59,836 bases of DNA from a virus (IMGVR_UViG_3300026184_000061:1-59836), one strand, 5' to 3'; counted from the first letter of the stretch, positions 36,408-46,410 are shown. Program-made: numbers and translations. Notes: generated from the sequence alone by a model not told the origin.

Positions 36408-36636
36408 CTACTTTCCACAACGGAACTGTGGATTGGTCCTGTGTCACGCAAACCGTATGGAGACCGAGCGACGTGTGCGAACCGACGTATCCGTATTCTT
36501 CACACGCTTGTCGGTCATGGTGCGCTACACCGAAGAATATACCCAATATGAGTAGCACGCATACGAACACCACCACTTCAGACCACTTTAGCATGAGATG
36601 TAATAATTCCATTATACCCCCTACGACTTCATCCAT
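36385..36636 (-). CDS. Small membrane protein
   Basis: One TM segment and a Cys pair. Confidence 0.55.
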   Translation of the reverse strand: MDEVVGGIMELLHLMLKWSEVVVFVCVLLILGIFFGVAHHDRQACEEYGYVGSHTSLGLHTVCVTQDQSTVPLWKVVEDNHRG

Positions 36637-37310
36637 TCTTCACACGGGCCGCCTTCGCTAGTCTTGTAGGGGCACCACTTACACGCCTGTTCTGACGGCG
36701 TCGCCGGGAACTCTGTATCATTCATCATAGGCTTTACCCGCTTTTCCCATGCCTTGCGAATAGCTGGGAATGACTTCTTAGTATACTCGACTGGAGGGGG
36801 CATATCGTCTTGGTCCAAGTACCACAATTCCACTTCTATGGTTTCCACATCAGGGTAGTGCGCGGCAGCGAGCGGAACATACAGCTCGATTTGATCTTTG
36901 TTGGTACCGTACATACGTCCAGTCTTGAAGTCTATGAGATGCAACGCTTTACCGTCTTGCACCACGGCGTCCAGTTTGGCTCGACACCACACGTTGTTCC
37001 AATCGTCGAAAGTAGTAGGTGACCAGCTTCTCGTGACAGCAACGTCTTTTTCCGGATCTGGATTGGCTTTCTTGAGGTTGCGGAATTCTTTGTCAAAGAA
37101 CTTCAGTTCCTTGGGTATGCCGGTGATATCCCCGAGCAGATATCTTTCGGCCAGCTTATGAATGTGAATTCCACGTTCTAAAGCAGGTTTCGGCTTGGCG
37201 GGGGTCTTGACGCGGTCTATGGCGCGGTATCTTGCCTTACGGGGGCATTCTTTCCACGTCGTGTATAGTGAGTAGGACCATGCTTGCAACTTCTTTTTCA
37301 TTTCTGCCAC
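36621..37310 (-). CDS. PD-(D/E)XK Cas4-like exonuclease
   Basis: WSYS...CPR, RGIHIH, AKLD, IDFKTG, QIELY and CKWCPY. Confidence 0.88.
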   Translation of the reverse strand: MAEMKKKLQAWSYSLYTTWKECPRKARYRAIDRVKTPAKPKPALERGIHIHKLAERYLLGDITGIPKELKFFDKEFRNLKKANPDPEKDVAVTRSWSPTTFDDWNNVWCRAKLDAVVQDGKALHLIDFKTGRMYGTNKDQIELYVPLAAAHYPDVETIEVELWYLDQDDMPPPVEYTKKSFPAIRKAWEKRVKPMMNDTEFPATPSEQACKWCPYKTSEGGPCEEWMKS

Positions 37311-37570
37311 TAGTCAATCTCCTCATCTGGAATTGATGTTTTTGGAATATCCGCGCACCAGCAGCGTTTTCTGAACCGCATGAAGTACGCCACCCAATAT
37401 TGTCGCCGCTTTTCTTCCGGCATGTTCGCAACCGGCTCACTTCTATGGTGTATGTAGAAATTAAACCCTGTTCTCTGTGGGTCCCATACTCGGGTTATGA
37501 CCTTACCATTGAGATGAGCCTGTCTGCGAAGCGCCCGGTAACGACACCAGTTGCACTTCGGTCTAGGCAT
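37310..37570 (-). CDS. Hypothetical Cys-rich protein
   Basis: CNWC ... CWC. Confidence 0.55.
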   Translation of the reverse strand: MPRPKCNWCRYRALRRQAHLNGKVITRVWDPQRTGFNFYIHHRSEPVANMPEEKRRQYWVAYFMRFRKRCWCADIPKTSIPDEEID

Positions 37571-37844
37571 TCTTTTCCTCTTCTTCGCATAGATGCTCCA
37601 TCGCCGTTACTATATAGCGGAATCGCTCCGCTTGCCGCTTAGGTATCTTCATACCTTTTTCTAACACCCGCAGTTCTTCGTATATGATACGAAGCTTTTC
37701 TGCCGTTGTGTAATCCCTCACCAACTCACTCTCCACCACACGAGCCTTGCTGTTCTTCGGTGCTCGCTTCACCTTTTCCGCACGACTACAGTGGGACACT
37801 GTACCACCTCTGTTTTCCTGAAACGAAGTACGCATTTGATTCAC
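37563..37844 (-). CDS. Hypothetical protein
   Basis: Follows the polymerase gene directly. Confidence 0.5.
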   Translation of the reverse strand: MNQMRTSFQENRGGTVSHCSRAEKVKRAPKNSKARVVESELVRDYTTAEKLRIIYEELRVLEKGMKIPKRQAERFRYIVTAMEHLCEEEEKNA

Positions 37845-39695
37845 TCATGCAGCAGCCTCCCACTTCTTCATACGAGCCCAACTAACAGCACCCTTCTTAC
37901 CGTCTGACAACATAGGTAAGTCAAACTCCACGCTCTCCATCGCTTCACGAAGCAATTTCATATTCTTACGCTCCGTACCTTTGTCACAGGTGCACAGTAG
38001 TTCGTCATGTACCTGCAACATCATGGCCGCGTCGCTGCCAAACGCGTCATAGACCCGAATCATCGCTTCTTTGGTGCAGTCAGCGGCGCTGCCTTGAATC
38101 AACAGATTCAGCATCTTGTACTCAAAAGTCTTCATGCGACCCGCTATCATACGCGGCTCTTCGACCCAATACAGCCGACCGCCCCAAGTGCGAAGCGGTT
38201 CGTCACGACGGGCCATCTTCTTCAATTCCTTACTTAGGTCTTTGACCCCAGGCAACGCACGCAGAACAGCGTTTTTCAGGGCTGAAGCTTCTTCCGGCGT
38301 ACTACCTGTACCCTTGGCCAGCTTATCCACGCCCATGCCATAGATAAGACCAAAGTTCGTGGTCTTAATCTTTGGACGTGGGTACTCTATACCCATGTTC
38401 TGCAGAATCAAACTGCCGACGAAAGTATGTACGTCCATCTTCGGGTCTTTGCGATACTGTTCTAACAGCTCGCCGTCTTCGAAATGAGCCAAGATACGCA
38501 ACTCTTGCTGCGAATAGTCTCGGCCAATCAACAGCCGACCAGGAGGAGGTATGATGTAATCTCTAAGTTTGGGGAGGCCTATGGTGTACGGCTTAGATGC
38601 GTCCTCCGGGTCGCGAGGTATGTTTTGAAAATTCGGTCGGCTAGAAGAAAATCGCCCGGTCTTCGTACCGCTGCCGCCACCGTTGAAGTCATCAGAACTA
38701 CGCACCTGATTGAACGACGGATATATAAGTCCGCCGGTCTGCTCCGCTTCTACTAACCACGGCTCGGCGAACGTGTTCATGTAGGTACTTAGAACGCCGT
38801 ATCGCGCTAACAGGGTGACCAACTTTTTGTCGTTGCAATACTTCAAAAGATTTTCGCGCTTTGTGCTGCGATTGCCTTTGGCCGTCAGTTCCCACGTAGT
38901 TACTTTGCCGGTTCGGTCTAAGGCATCCGCCAGTTGAACGGAGCTCCCTATGTTAAAATCTTCACCGACCTTTAAAGAACGTTTAATCTTGTTCTCTATT
39001 TCCTCGTGCTCTTTTTCCCATTTCAGTAAGTCCCGCTCTAGGCGCTTCTTCGCGACAGGAATACCGTGCTTTTCCATAGCCACTACAATCGGGGCCAGTT
39101 CCAATTCTCGCTCATAAGCTCCGTCCATACCCATATCTGAGATACGAGGGCGCAAGAACTTAAACAGTTTCCATGTACGTTCAACGTCGCCGATAGCATA
39201 CTTACCCACCAAATCACCAGGCGCTCGCCAGATATGTTCCCCCCAAGTCGAAGGTTTGCGCTTCGCTTCGGGGATATTGGCAATAATCCAATCTTTCAGC
39301 CGGTCCCGTTCAGCAGGGACAAGTCCGAGCAAATCTTGGGCCAAGGGCTTCAACGCCAATTCGCGCGCTCTTGGGTCGTACAGATACGCCAAAAATTGCG
39401 TATCTTCCCAATGGCGAGGCCAGCTTTTCTGACCGTGATGCGCCAAAGCCACTTCGATATCAAAAGGTCCGTTGTGGAAGACCATCTTTTTACGACTCAT
39501 CACCTTTACGATTTCGCGAGTCGCTTCTTTCTTGGTACAGTTGTTTTTACTTGAGTGCCCCCACGCGAAGTATTTTTTCATCTGGTCTGTCATGATAGCG
39601 ACACCGACAGGTTCTGGGGGATAGTGGAAGGGCCGCTTGCCGATAGGCTTTGTTTCAAAGTCCAGTACAGCAAAGTCAGACAGACTAAGTTTCAT
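37845..39695 (-). CDS. polA: Family A DNA polymerase with 3'-5' exonuclease domain
   Basis: LDFET, FHNGPFD, TGRFSS.RPNFQNIP, DYSQQELR, K.TNFGLIYG, IQGSAAD and QVHDE; RBS before ATG 39695. Confidence 0.95.
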   Translation of the reverse strand: MKLSLSDFAVLDFETKPIGKRPFHYPPEPVGVAIMTDQMKKYFAWGHSSKNNCTKKEATREIVKVMSRKKMVFHNGPFDIEVALAHHGQKSWPRHWEDTQFLAYLYDPRARELALKPLAQDLLGLVPAERDRLKDWIIANIPEAKRKPSTWGEHIWRAPGDLVGKYAIGDVERTWKLFKFLRPRISDMGMDGAYERELELAPIVVAMEKHGIPVAKKRLERDLLKWEKEHEEIENKIKRSLKVGEDFNIGSSVQLADALDRTGKVTTWELTAKGNRSTKRENLLKYCNDKKLVTLLARYGVLSTYMNTFAEPWLVEAEQTGGLIYPSFNQVRSSDDFNGGGSGTKTGRFSSSRPNFQNIPRDPEDASKPYTIGLPKLRDYIIPPPGRLLIGRDYSQQELRILAHFEDGELLEQYRKDPKMDVHTFVGSLILQNMGIEYPRPKIKTTNFGLIYGMGVDKLAKGTGSTPEEASALKNAVLRALPGVKDLSKELKKMARRDEPLRTWGGRLYWVEEPRMIAGRMKTFEYKMLNLLIQGSAADCTKEAMIRVYDAFGSDAAMMLQVHDELLCTCDKGTERKNMKLLREAMESVEFDLPMLSDGKKGAVSWARMKKWEAAA

Positions 39696-39697
39696 TA

Positions 39698-39973
39698 TTA
39701 CTCTCCTACGGTGATGGAAATAGCGACGACAGCCGAGACTGAACAAACACGCCAAGATACTCTACTGCGATAATACCTGTAAGCGTCGGCATACATGCTG
39801 CCGAACTGCTTCCAACTGTGTTCCCAATCAGTCTTCTGGCGGAAGAATTCAGCCTGCGCCGCTATTTCCATTCTCTGTGTCGCCGCTTTTTCTGAACCTA
39901 CATACACAGACTGCGGCCAGTCGTTGCACATGATGACATACGCTTTCGTATCCGTTGTTGTTGCTATTGTCAC
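39698..39973 (-). CDS. Hypothetical protein
   Basis: GAGG RBS. Confidence 0.55.
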   Translation of the reverse strand: MTIATTTDTKAYVIMCNDWPQSVYVGSEKAATQRMEIAAQAEFFRQKTDWEHSWKQFGSMYADAYRYYRSRVSWRVCSVSAVVAISITVGE

Positions 39974-39985
39974 TGCATCACCTCG

Positions 39986-40240
39986 TTATTCTTCAGACAA
40001 TTTACTTTCCAGCTCCTCCTTTTCGCGTTCAATGCGAAGCGTACTAAGACGAGCATGGATACGCAGAACGTAGCTCTTACGGCGACGCCCCTTCAGCTCC
40101 ACTTTAAGCATCTTCTTCAACTCTTCCTCAGTGTACTTATGTACATTGGAGTTGAAGACCGCCCACTGATTAGACAAAAAATCACGGATAGGTTGTTTCT
40201 CATTCGTATCGTACTTATAAGACATGACAGCTATCTCCAA
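39986..40240 (-). CDS. Hypothetical protein
   Basis: ELKGRRRKSYVLRIHARLSTLRIERE, a motif seen upstream of PolA in some phages. Confidence 0.65.
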   Translation of the reverse strand: MEIAVMSYKYDTNEKQPIRDFLSNQWAVFNSNVHKYTEEELKKMLKVELKGRRRKSYVLRIHARLSTLRIEREKEELESKLSEE

Positions 40241-40263
40241 GGCCCCCCTTGGATTTAGGAATA

Positions 40264-40293
40264 ACGGGGTCGCCCATTACTAGGCGACCCCGT
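40264..40293 (-). terminator. Hairpin / probable terminator
   Basis: ACGGGGTCGCC / GGCGACCCCGT inverted repeat. Confidence 0.55.
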
Positions 40294-40315
40294 AACAGGT
40301 TAACTCGCTGATAAA

Positions 40316-41194
40316 TTAGCGAGAGTACTTATTGCGCCCAGCGCCTCTTTTCTTGGACGCAGTTTTCTTCGCGGTGGACTTCTTCTTGGCCGCCCCCTTC
40401 TTCTTTCCTCGAGCAGGCTTGCTCGCAGGTTCCGCACCGTAGTTTTCAGTGTTGAAGGGCTGCATAATCAGTTCTCGGGCTTCCGCCCGACGTTCTGCGA
40501 TAACGGCCAAGGCCGCCGGTTTGTTGATGACGTCGACCAGTTCCGGTACGATAATATCGTAATCAGCTTCCTCGTCAAACGCCAGCCGAGTGATGACGCC
40601 GTAGCTCGGGCGATGAACGGTCTTTTCCAGCTTCTTGACATAACCGCTCCAGTGCTTCACGCTGGTAGGAGCCAGCGACACCATCGCTACGTCGGCATCT
40701 TCCAGTTCGTCTACCCATTCCAGCAGAGCCAGCCGACGGCCATTCTTACAGGCTTTGCCTCGGCCGCCGTCAGGGTCCGACCCCCACTTGTTATACTCGC
40801 ATTCGGCGCAGGTATCCGCTTGCGGCTCAGGTGAACTCGGATGGGGGGCCATGTCCTCGCCGTCCTCGCTGATAGCGAAACAGCAGGGAGGCTGCGGGTT
40901 GTCGGGGTCGAATTTCGCTCCGCAATAGTATGAGTTGACGTAACTGAAATCCAGTACGGCCACGTCCATCGCATCGCCGATAACGTCCCCCTGATAGGAG
41001 AACTTACCGTTACGAGTGGAGATGCTGTGGCCCGTGCCGCCGGACTGTTCGCGCGACGAATCAGCTGATGCATCTTCAGCCAGCTTGCGCTCCCAGTCCT
41101 GCATTGACATCAGTTCCTTACCACTTCCCCGCTTAGAAGCGGATTTCTTCGAAGCAGTCTTTTTCTTCGAAGCAGTCTTTTTCTTCGTTGCCAT
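40316..41194 (-). CDS. Putative ssDNA-binding / replication accessory protein with basic tails
   Basis: PCCFA...P.P....C.EC.YN.WGS...GKACKN.RRLA; KKKTAS repeats at both ends. Confidence 0.7.
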   Translation of the reverse strand: MATKKKTASKKKTASKKSASKRGSGKELMSMQDWERKLAEDASADSSREQSGGTGHSISTRNGKFSYQGDVIGDAMDVAVLDFSYVNSYYCGAKFDPDNPQPPCCFAISEDGEDMAPHPSSPEPQADTCAECEYNKWGSDPDGGRGKACKNGRRLALLEWVDELEDADVAMVSLAPTSVKHWSGYVKKLEKTVHRPSYGVITRLAFDEEADYDIIVPELVDVINKPAALAVIAERRAEARELIMQPFNTENYGAEPASKPARGKKKGAAKKKSTAKKTASKKRGAGRNKYSR

Positions 41195-41221
41195 TCAGTT
41201 GAATCCTCTTTAGCTGAAGCC

Positions 41222-41256
41222 AAGAAAAACGGGCCAGCGATGCGCACCGCCGACCC
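41222..41256 (-). terminator. Intrinsic terminator
   Basis: GGGUCGGCGGUG / CAUCGCUGGCCC stem (with G-U pairs) followed by GUUUUUCUU on the - strand. Confidence 0.6.
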
Positions 41257-41271
41257 GCCTAGTGAAGACAG

Positions 41272-41706
41272 TTACTCAGTCACCGTTTCGGTGCCGGTGT
41301 CGCTGCCGCTGCCGCTGAACTTGCTGCGTCCGGTGGACTTCGCCTTGGACGTAGACTTCTTCGAGGTGGATTTTTTGGACGTCGACTTCTTGGAAGTCGC
41401 TTTCTTCTTAGAAGCTGCCTTCTTACCGGCGGACTTCTTCGCTGCGGCCTTTTTCTTCCCTGAGGCCTTTTTACCACCACCCGACGGTTCCACGGACCCG
41501 CCCGCCTTTTCCAAGGCCGCAACGGCTTTGTTGAAAGCATTGCCACACGCGACCAATTCCTTGAGACCATCCTTCATGGCAGCCTCGTTTTCCTTGGTCG
41601 GTTCGTTGGCGTATGCCTTCACCGAAGCGATAACCTCCTTACGGATGGCGGTCTTGTCCTTTCGGGTCTTCCGAACGGTGGCACGCAGTTCTCGAACATC
41701 GCTCAT
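41272..41706 (-). CDS. Histone H1-like basic protein
   Basis: AAGGAG RBS; KKAAAKKSAGKKAASKKKATSKKSTSKK. Confidence 0.75.
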   Translation of the reverse strand: MSDVRELRATVRKTRKDKTAIRKEVIASVKAYANEPTKENEAAMKDGLKELVACGNAFNKAVAALEKAGGSVEPSGGGKKASGKKKAAAKKSAGKKAASKKKATSKKSTSKKSTSKKSTSKAKSTGRSKFSGSGSDTGTETVTE

Positions 41707-41718
41707 GTAGCTTTCTCC

Positions 41719-41943
41719 TTAGTTTAGATGTGACGCTGTAAGCAAGGGTTTGTCTTCGTACTCAATGATGAGCTTTTGACTTCTGTTGTAAATTTCTTTT
41801 ATCAGTGCATCTGTTTCCTCCAATCGCTTGCATAGTTCAGGGATAGGGGAATCCGCAGATTCCCCCGCAGGTTCGGCGGCATGGTACTCCTGTGCTATTT
41901 GCAGGAGTTCCTTGGTTGATAGTTGAGAGTAGTAGTCCGCCAT
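41719..41943 (-). CDS. Hypothetical protein
   Basis: ORF in the operon. Confidence 0.55.
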   Translation of the reverse strand: MADYYSQLSTKELLQIAQEYHAAEPAGESADSPIPELCKRLEETDALIKEIYNRSQKLIIEYEDKPLLTASHLN

Positions 41944-41945
41944 AG

Positions 41946-42338
41946 CTACTTACTCTTGACGGCGGTGAAATGAAGCTTCGTAATCTTCTTCGGCTCCGTG
42001 CCGGGCACAATCTTACCCTGATTGTACCGCTCCCGCCACGCAGTCACTGAAGGGCGTTTGTGCAGTAAATCGAAAGCGCCGGTTCGTTTGATGAACTTGT
42101 AGTACTGGTCCCAGTCTGTGATGTCGGGCACCCAACTTTCGCTGTATGACACTTGCTCCAGCTTACCTGCCGCCCTGGTAAGACCCTGTTCTTTCATCAA
42201 ATCGTCGATGTCGGCTTCCACTTCTTCCAAGTCCACTTTCATCTCAGCCAGCTTTTCTTCCTGAGCCTTCACTTTCTTCTTCAATCGTGCTCTGGTGTCG
42301 ATAAGCTGACCGATATTAGATTGCTTTTTAGCAGTCAT
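41946..42338 (-). CDS. Coiled-coil replication-module protein
   Basis: DWDQYYKFIKRTGAFDLLHKR.S...IVPG motif common upstream of phage SSB-like genes; RBS before ATG 42338. Confidence 0.7.
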   Translation of the reverse strand: MTAKKQSNIGQLIDTRARLKKKVKAQEEKLAEMKVDLEEVEADIDDLMKEQGLTRAAGKLEQVSYSESWVPDITDWDQYYKFIKRTGAFDLLHKRPSVTAWRERYNQGKIVPGTEPKKITKLHFTAVKSK

Positions 42339-42351
42339 AGGTGTCAGCTCC

Positions 42352-42771
42352 TTAGTGGGTCTTTTCGGCAGGCGGGATGTCGTCATCCAGCTCTCCGTCG
42401 TTTAGCAGGTTTTCAGCCAGTTTCCGCATCATTTCCTGCTGGTACAAAGCCCGGCGCATTTCTATTTCTGACACTTCCAGCGCGCGAAGAGCTTGAAGCA
42501 AACTCGCCGATTGAATATAAGGTCCTTCATCCTTTTCCGGCATGCAGAACGAAATGAAGCGGACTTCCTTTCCTTCAGTATCATCAGTTCCTCGCAGCAT
42601 AGTTTCGGTGGTCATTTCCATCCCCAAGACCATCGGGATGTTGTGTGCGATGCAGTGCTCGTAGAGCTCAGACATCATGTCTCGCGCCTTACGTTCGGAA
42701 TCATTCAGCTCTGCAGTAACTTCCTCACTGCGAGCATCGCGATTTTGGTCAAAACCGCTATTGATAGACAT
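42352..42771 (-). CDS. Hypothetical protein
   Basis: AAAGGAG RBS. Confidence 0.65.
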   Translation of the reverse strand: MSINSGFDQNRDARSEEVTAELNDSERKARDMMSELYEHCIAHNIPMVLGMEMTTETMLRGTDDTEGKEVRFISFCMPEKDEGPYIQSASLLQALRALEVSEIEMRRALYQQEMMRKLAENLLNDGELDDDIPPAEKTH

Positions 42772-42802
42772 TGGTAGTACTCCTTTATCGGTTGTGATAA
42801 GT

Positions 42803-43165
42803 TTAGATGGCAGACTTAATAATGGCGTCCGACTCAGCTAAAGCGCCGGAAATCTTTTCTGGCAGACCTTCGTCTTGGGCGCACGCCCTTTCGTATGAAT
42901 CTCCGTATCCGCAGTATTCCAGATGTTCCCGCGCCTTCTTCAGAACAGCGTTGAGTCGGATAGCGGCGGCTAGTAGATCGTTCCGTTGCTGAATAACCGT
43001 TTTCGCATCCTCTACGTGCTGCACAGCAATACGCATTGCTGTGATACCCGCGTCAAACTCTGGCAGTACATTCGGGTCGGTGTGTCCTGTGAGATTCCCT
43101 CGCCATTTCTCAGCAGCATCTACTGCCGCTTTCAGATTCACCACATCTTCTTCGGTGATGCTCAT
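42803..43165 (-). CDS. Hypothetical protein
   Basis: Overlap-coupled ORF. Confidence 0.6.
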   Translation of the reverse strand: MSITEEDVVNLKAAVDAAEKWRGNLTGHTDPNVLPEFDAGITAMRIAVQHVEDAKTVIQQRNDLLAAAIRLNAVLKKAREHLEYCGYGDSYERACAQDEGLPEKISGALAESDAIIKSAI

Positions 43166-43512
43166 TGCACGACCCTCTTGTTTTTGCGCTTGTCGCTCTT
43201 ATCTTTATGCGCTTCGATATACCACGCCTGCCACTGTCTCAAATCGGCCAGCAGTTCTTCATCGTGAGTACGGTCCTTCGCCGCGATTCCGAGGCGTATC
43301 TTCATGAGAGGCAGTGCAGCTTCCACAGCCGCCGGACTTTTCAGTCCTTTAGATGTGGAAGACATCGCGTTGAATACATGCCGAAAATGAAGAGGTTCGT
43401 GATTTTCTATACCCGGTGTAGTGTACTTCGCTGGGTTATCACGGACCGTACGATAGCTTCGCATCGCTCGCTCCACCGCGCGTTCGTAGCGGGCTTCTTT
43501 GCGTCTGTTCAT
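43162..43512 (-). CDS. Hypothetical protein
   Basis: AAGGAG RBS. Confidence 0.6.
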   Translation of the reverse strand: MNRRKEARYERAVERAMRSYRTVRDNPAKYTTPGIENHEPLHFRHVFNAMSSTSKGLKSPAAVEAALPLMKIRLGIAAKDRTHDEELLADLRQWQAWYIEAHKDKSDKRKNKRVVQ

Positions 43513-43523
43513 GGTTATCTCCT

Positions 43524-43718
43524 TCAGTGGCTTGCAGCGTTGACCAACGCTCGCGGGGTTCCGCAGATAAAGCGGGTTTGCTGGTATACGAAAATGTGAC
43601 TGTCAGCTACGCACTGACGCGCGATGTTACGTTGCGCATTGTCCCAGCCCCATGAATACAGTACATAGGCCAGGACAATGGCGAGTATTAGGTAGAAAAT
43701 AGACTTCACGGCTTCCAA
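43524..43718 (-). CDS. Small membrane protein
   Basis: N-terminal TM and two Cys. Confidence 0.55.
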   Translation of the reverse strand: MEAVKSIFYLILAIVLAYVLYSWGWDNAQRNIARQCVADSHIFVYQQTRFICGTPRALVNAASH

Positions 43719-44269
43719 CCCCCCTTTCGCAAGTCCGCCAAGATGTCTTCCTTTTTAGCAGTGGTCTTGTCTGCAGGCGCGTGAAGATTATCCAGATACC
43801 GAGCAAATTCCGGCATCTTCTTTCGGACTTCGTCCACGGTGGAGCACTCTCTTAACAGGTTACGCACTTTGGTGCGAATAGCGTATCGACGTGACTGCTG
43901 TTCTCTATACTTCACACCCATCAACTTGACCTGAGCCTCTACCGCTTTAGGGGGTACGAAAGACATCTTCGCTCCCTCGCTCGCAAACCCTCTTTCTCTC
44001 ACTTCGTCTTCCGTATCTTTTGGATAAATCTTCACTCCTGTGAGAAAAACATCGCCGAGGAATGTGTGGGTGTTATACCGCACTACCTGCAGATAGCCGC
44101 GAAGCTCGGGGTCGTCGTACAACTTAGCCACTTCCTTCGGCATCTGTGTTCTCGCCGAGCTTTGCAACAGTTCCGTCGCTTCGGCACGGTAATCAGTTTC
44201 AGGCAAGTCGTCCAAGACCGCCTTCAGTATCAATGAACGTAGCTTTTCATTCAGCTTACCTTTTAACAT
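43706..44269 (-). CDS. Nmad5-like (nucleotide-modification-associated domain 5) protein
   Basis: KLNEKLRSLILKAVLDDLP.TDY, TVDEVRKKMPEFARYL and ADLRKGGW. Confidence 0.65.
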   Translation of the reverse strand: MLKGKLNEKLRSLILKAVLDDLPETDYRAEATELLQSSARTQMPKEVAKLYDDPELRGYLQVVRYNTHTFLGDVFLTGVKIYPKDTEDEVRERGFASEGAKMSFVPPKAVEAQVKLMGVKYREQQSRRYAIRTKVRNLLRECSTVDEVRKKMPEFARYLDNLHAPADKTTAKKEDILADLRKGGWKP

Positions 44270-44280
44270 TGTTCGTTCTC

Positions 44281-45153
44281 CTATATTTGTGGAGTATGGG
44301 TGTGGCCAGCTTCCTCGTCCAACTGTGTGGCGCAGTTACTGATGACTCTCAGCGCATCTTCCTTGCTGAAGGTGTCGCCCGGTATGTGTAAAATGTGTCC
44401 CGCGTCGCGAACAATGCGCGGGACATGGTTGGCCAACGGATAGCCGAAATGATAGTGGATATCTTCCGGCTGCGAAGCGAGGGACCTGAACACGAAGCCA
44501 CGAAAAGCGGCTGTACTGGTCATCACGGCAACATACTCAAGGTCCATCATATCGTCGAAGTCCTTGATGAGATAGGAAATCACGACTCTTCTACCAAATC
44601 TTGGTATCAAGTCATGCACCGGAGTGACCGCCCAAAGCTGCACGTTTCGCCCGCTAGAAATCAGCATGTCTACCAAAGCAGCCGCTGCGAATCCTCTCCA
44701 GCGAGCCTGCTCAGCCGGTACGTAGCCGCTAGCAACCAAGTTCACTAGAATGACAGCGTTATTACTGCCATGCTGATTATGCGCTTCTCGCTCCGTGGTC
44801 TGCCACGCACGGTCCAGGTTGCCGCTGTACACCCGTTGTATGTCCAGGAAATCTCCTGCATTAGAAAACTGCCTGCGGCGACGGGCTGAACGAATTTGCG
44901 CGAACTGTGGCGTAGCTTCGGCCAGTTCGTTACGAATGATTTCCGCACCTTCCGGCCAACCTACCTTCACCTTGTTCAGAAGCTCTGCAAATCCTCCTTG
45001 CCACCCCCACCAACTCGTCTGGAGATTATCTGCTTCTCGCTGCCAGCGCCTTTTATTGGCGTAGGTTGCGCCGTCTAGGTTTTCCTTCATCAAGTCTTCG
45101 ATAGAATCGTAGGAGATTTCCCGCGCGTCGCTATACTCTTCTACACGTTTCAT
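44281..45153 (-). CDS. VWA-like partner of the MoxR/CobS ATPase
   Basis: GDFLDIQRVYSG, ILVNLVASG and FRGFVF; directly downstream of the AAA gene. Confidence 0.65.
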   Translation of the reverse strand: MKRVEEYSDAREISYDSIEDLMKENLDGATYANKRRWQREADNLQTSWWGWQGGFAELLNKVKVGWPEGAEIIRNELAEATPQFAQIRSARRRRQFSNAGDFLDIQRVYSGNLDRAWQTTEREAHNQHGSNNAVILVNLVASGYVPAEQARWRGFAAAALVDMLISSGRNVQLWAVTPVHDLIPRFGRRVVISYLIKDFDDMMDLEYVAVMTSTAAFRGFVFRSLASQPEDIHYHFGYPLANHVPRIVRDAGHILHIPGDTFSKEDALRVISNCATQLDEEAGHTHTPQI

Positions 45154-45165
45154 AGCAGCGTTCTC

Positions 45166-46410
45166 CTATAAAAGTTCGTCGTGGTCTACCTTAGACCGCT
45201 CGTTATCAGACCAATCTGCGAAGTAAACCTCGCGCACCTTTTCCAATTCCCACACACCCGCTTCAAGGGCTTTTGTAGCGTCGATGAGAAACCGGGTAGA
45301 CATCACCCGGCGAAGCTTGTGAGAACGAATGGCGCTACGGATACTAAGCCCCCACTTCAGCACGTCAGGATGAACCAGGGTCTGCTCCACCTTGGGGCTA
45401 TAATCCATGTGAATGACGCCGGACCGGAAGCGGTCCAAGGTGGCCGCGTCCAACTGATTGCGACCCACGAACATCATATCTGCTCCGTTGCCGTAGGTGT
45501 TACCAGCCGCGATGAGAACGAAGTCCTTATGCTTCGTCACCTTCGGCTTCTTGTACCGCTGCGGAATGAAGAAGTGGTCGTTGGCGATGGCCTGATTGAT
45601 ATACACCATCGTGTTCGGGTCCGCTGCATCCACTTCATCCAGCAGAAACACGCCGCCGTTCTCGTACATATCCACGAAAGACGACTGCACGTATTCAAAG
45701 CGACCGCTGGCTCCGGTGGGCAGCAACCATCCAATAAGCATGGATTCGCTCATGCCTGCGGAGCAGGAAATGGAAGCAAATCGACGCTTCATGGCGACCG
45801 CTACCTGCTCGCTGATAAAAGTCTTACCACACCCGGACGGACCCACGAGCATCAGGTTATAGCCCAATGACGCGCGTTGCAGGATGTCTTCGAATTCTTC
45901 AGGCATCGTGTGCTTCATACGAACGCCCGTCTTTGCCTTGGGCTGAACGATATTCAGCTTGCGGTAAGTCTTAGACGCTTCGGCCAGCGCCTGTTCCGCT
46001 TCCTTTTTCAGAAGTGTGCTGACCTTGGTAACGGCGTTCTGTATCGCAGATTCCACTTCAGACTTGGCGTCGCTACCAACCACTTCTTCGTGAACGATTT
46101 TACGAAGCAATTCTTCGTCCACTTCGGCGACCGGCTGGTCCGGTTTGTCGCTGTCCAATTGCAGCAGCTTATAACTGCGCACTTTGTCATATACTTCGCG
46201 GAACTTGTTCGGGTCTTGTTCTTGGATACGAAGGAGCATATCAACCTTCGCCTGCTTCTTAGCGGGGTGCCTGCGCACCTGCACGCCCAGACTTTCCAGC
46301 ATCAGGCGAAGCTTATACTGCACCAGACGACCAAGGTCAAATTCACAGACTCCGTCCCGAGCAGCTTCATTGACCTTATCTTCTTGCGTTTTGAAATCAC
46401 CGAATTTCAT
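45166..46410 (-). CDS. MoxR/CobS-like AAA+ ATPase
   Basis: GPSGCGKT, LLDEVD, AAGNT.G.GAD and GRNQLDAATLDRF. Confidence 0.9.
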   Translation of the reverse strand: MKFGDFKTQEDKVNEAARDGVCEFDLGRLVQYKLRLMLESLGVQVRRHPAKKQAKVDMLLRIQEQDPNKFREVYDKVRSYKLLQLDSDKPDQPVAEVDEELLRKIVHEEVVGSDAKSEVESAIQNAVTKVSTLLKKEAEQALAEASKTYRKLNIVQPKAKTGVRMKHTMPEEFEDILQRASLGYNLMLVGPSGCGKTFISEQVAVAMKRRFASISCSAGMSESMLIGWLLPTGASGRFEYVQSSFVDMYENGGVFLLDEVDAADPNTMVYINQAIANDHFFIPQRYKKPKVTKHKDFVLIAAGNTYGNGADMMFVGRNQLDAATLDRFRSGVIHMDYSPKVEQTLVHPDVLKWGLSIRSAIRSHKLRRVMSTRFLIDATKALEAGVWELEKVREVYFADWSDNERSKVDHDELL

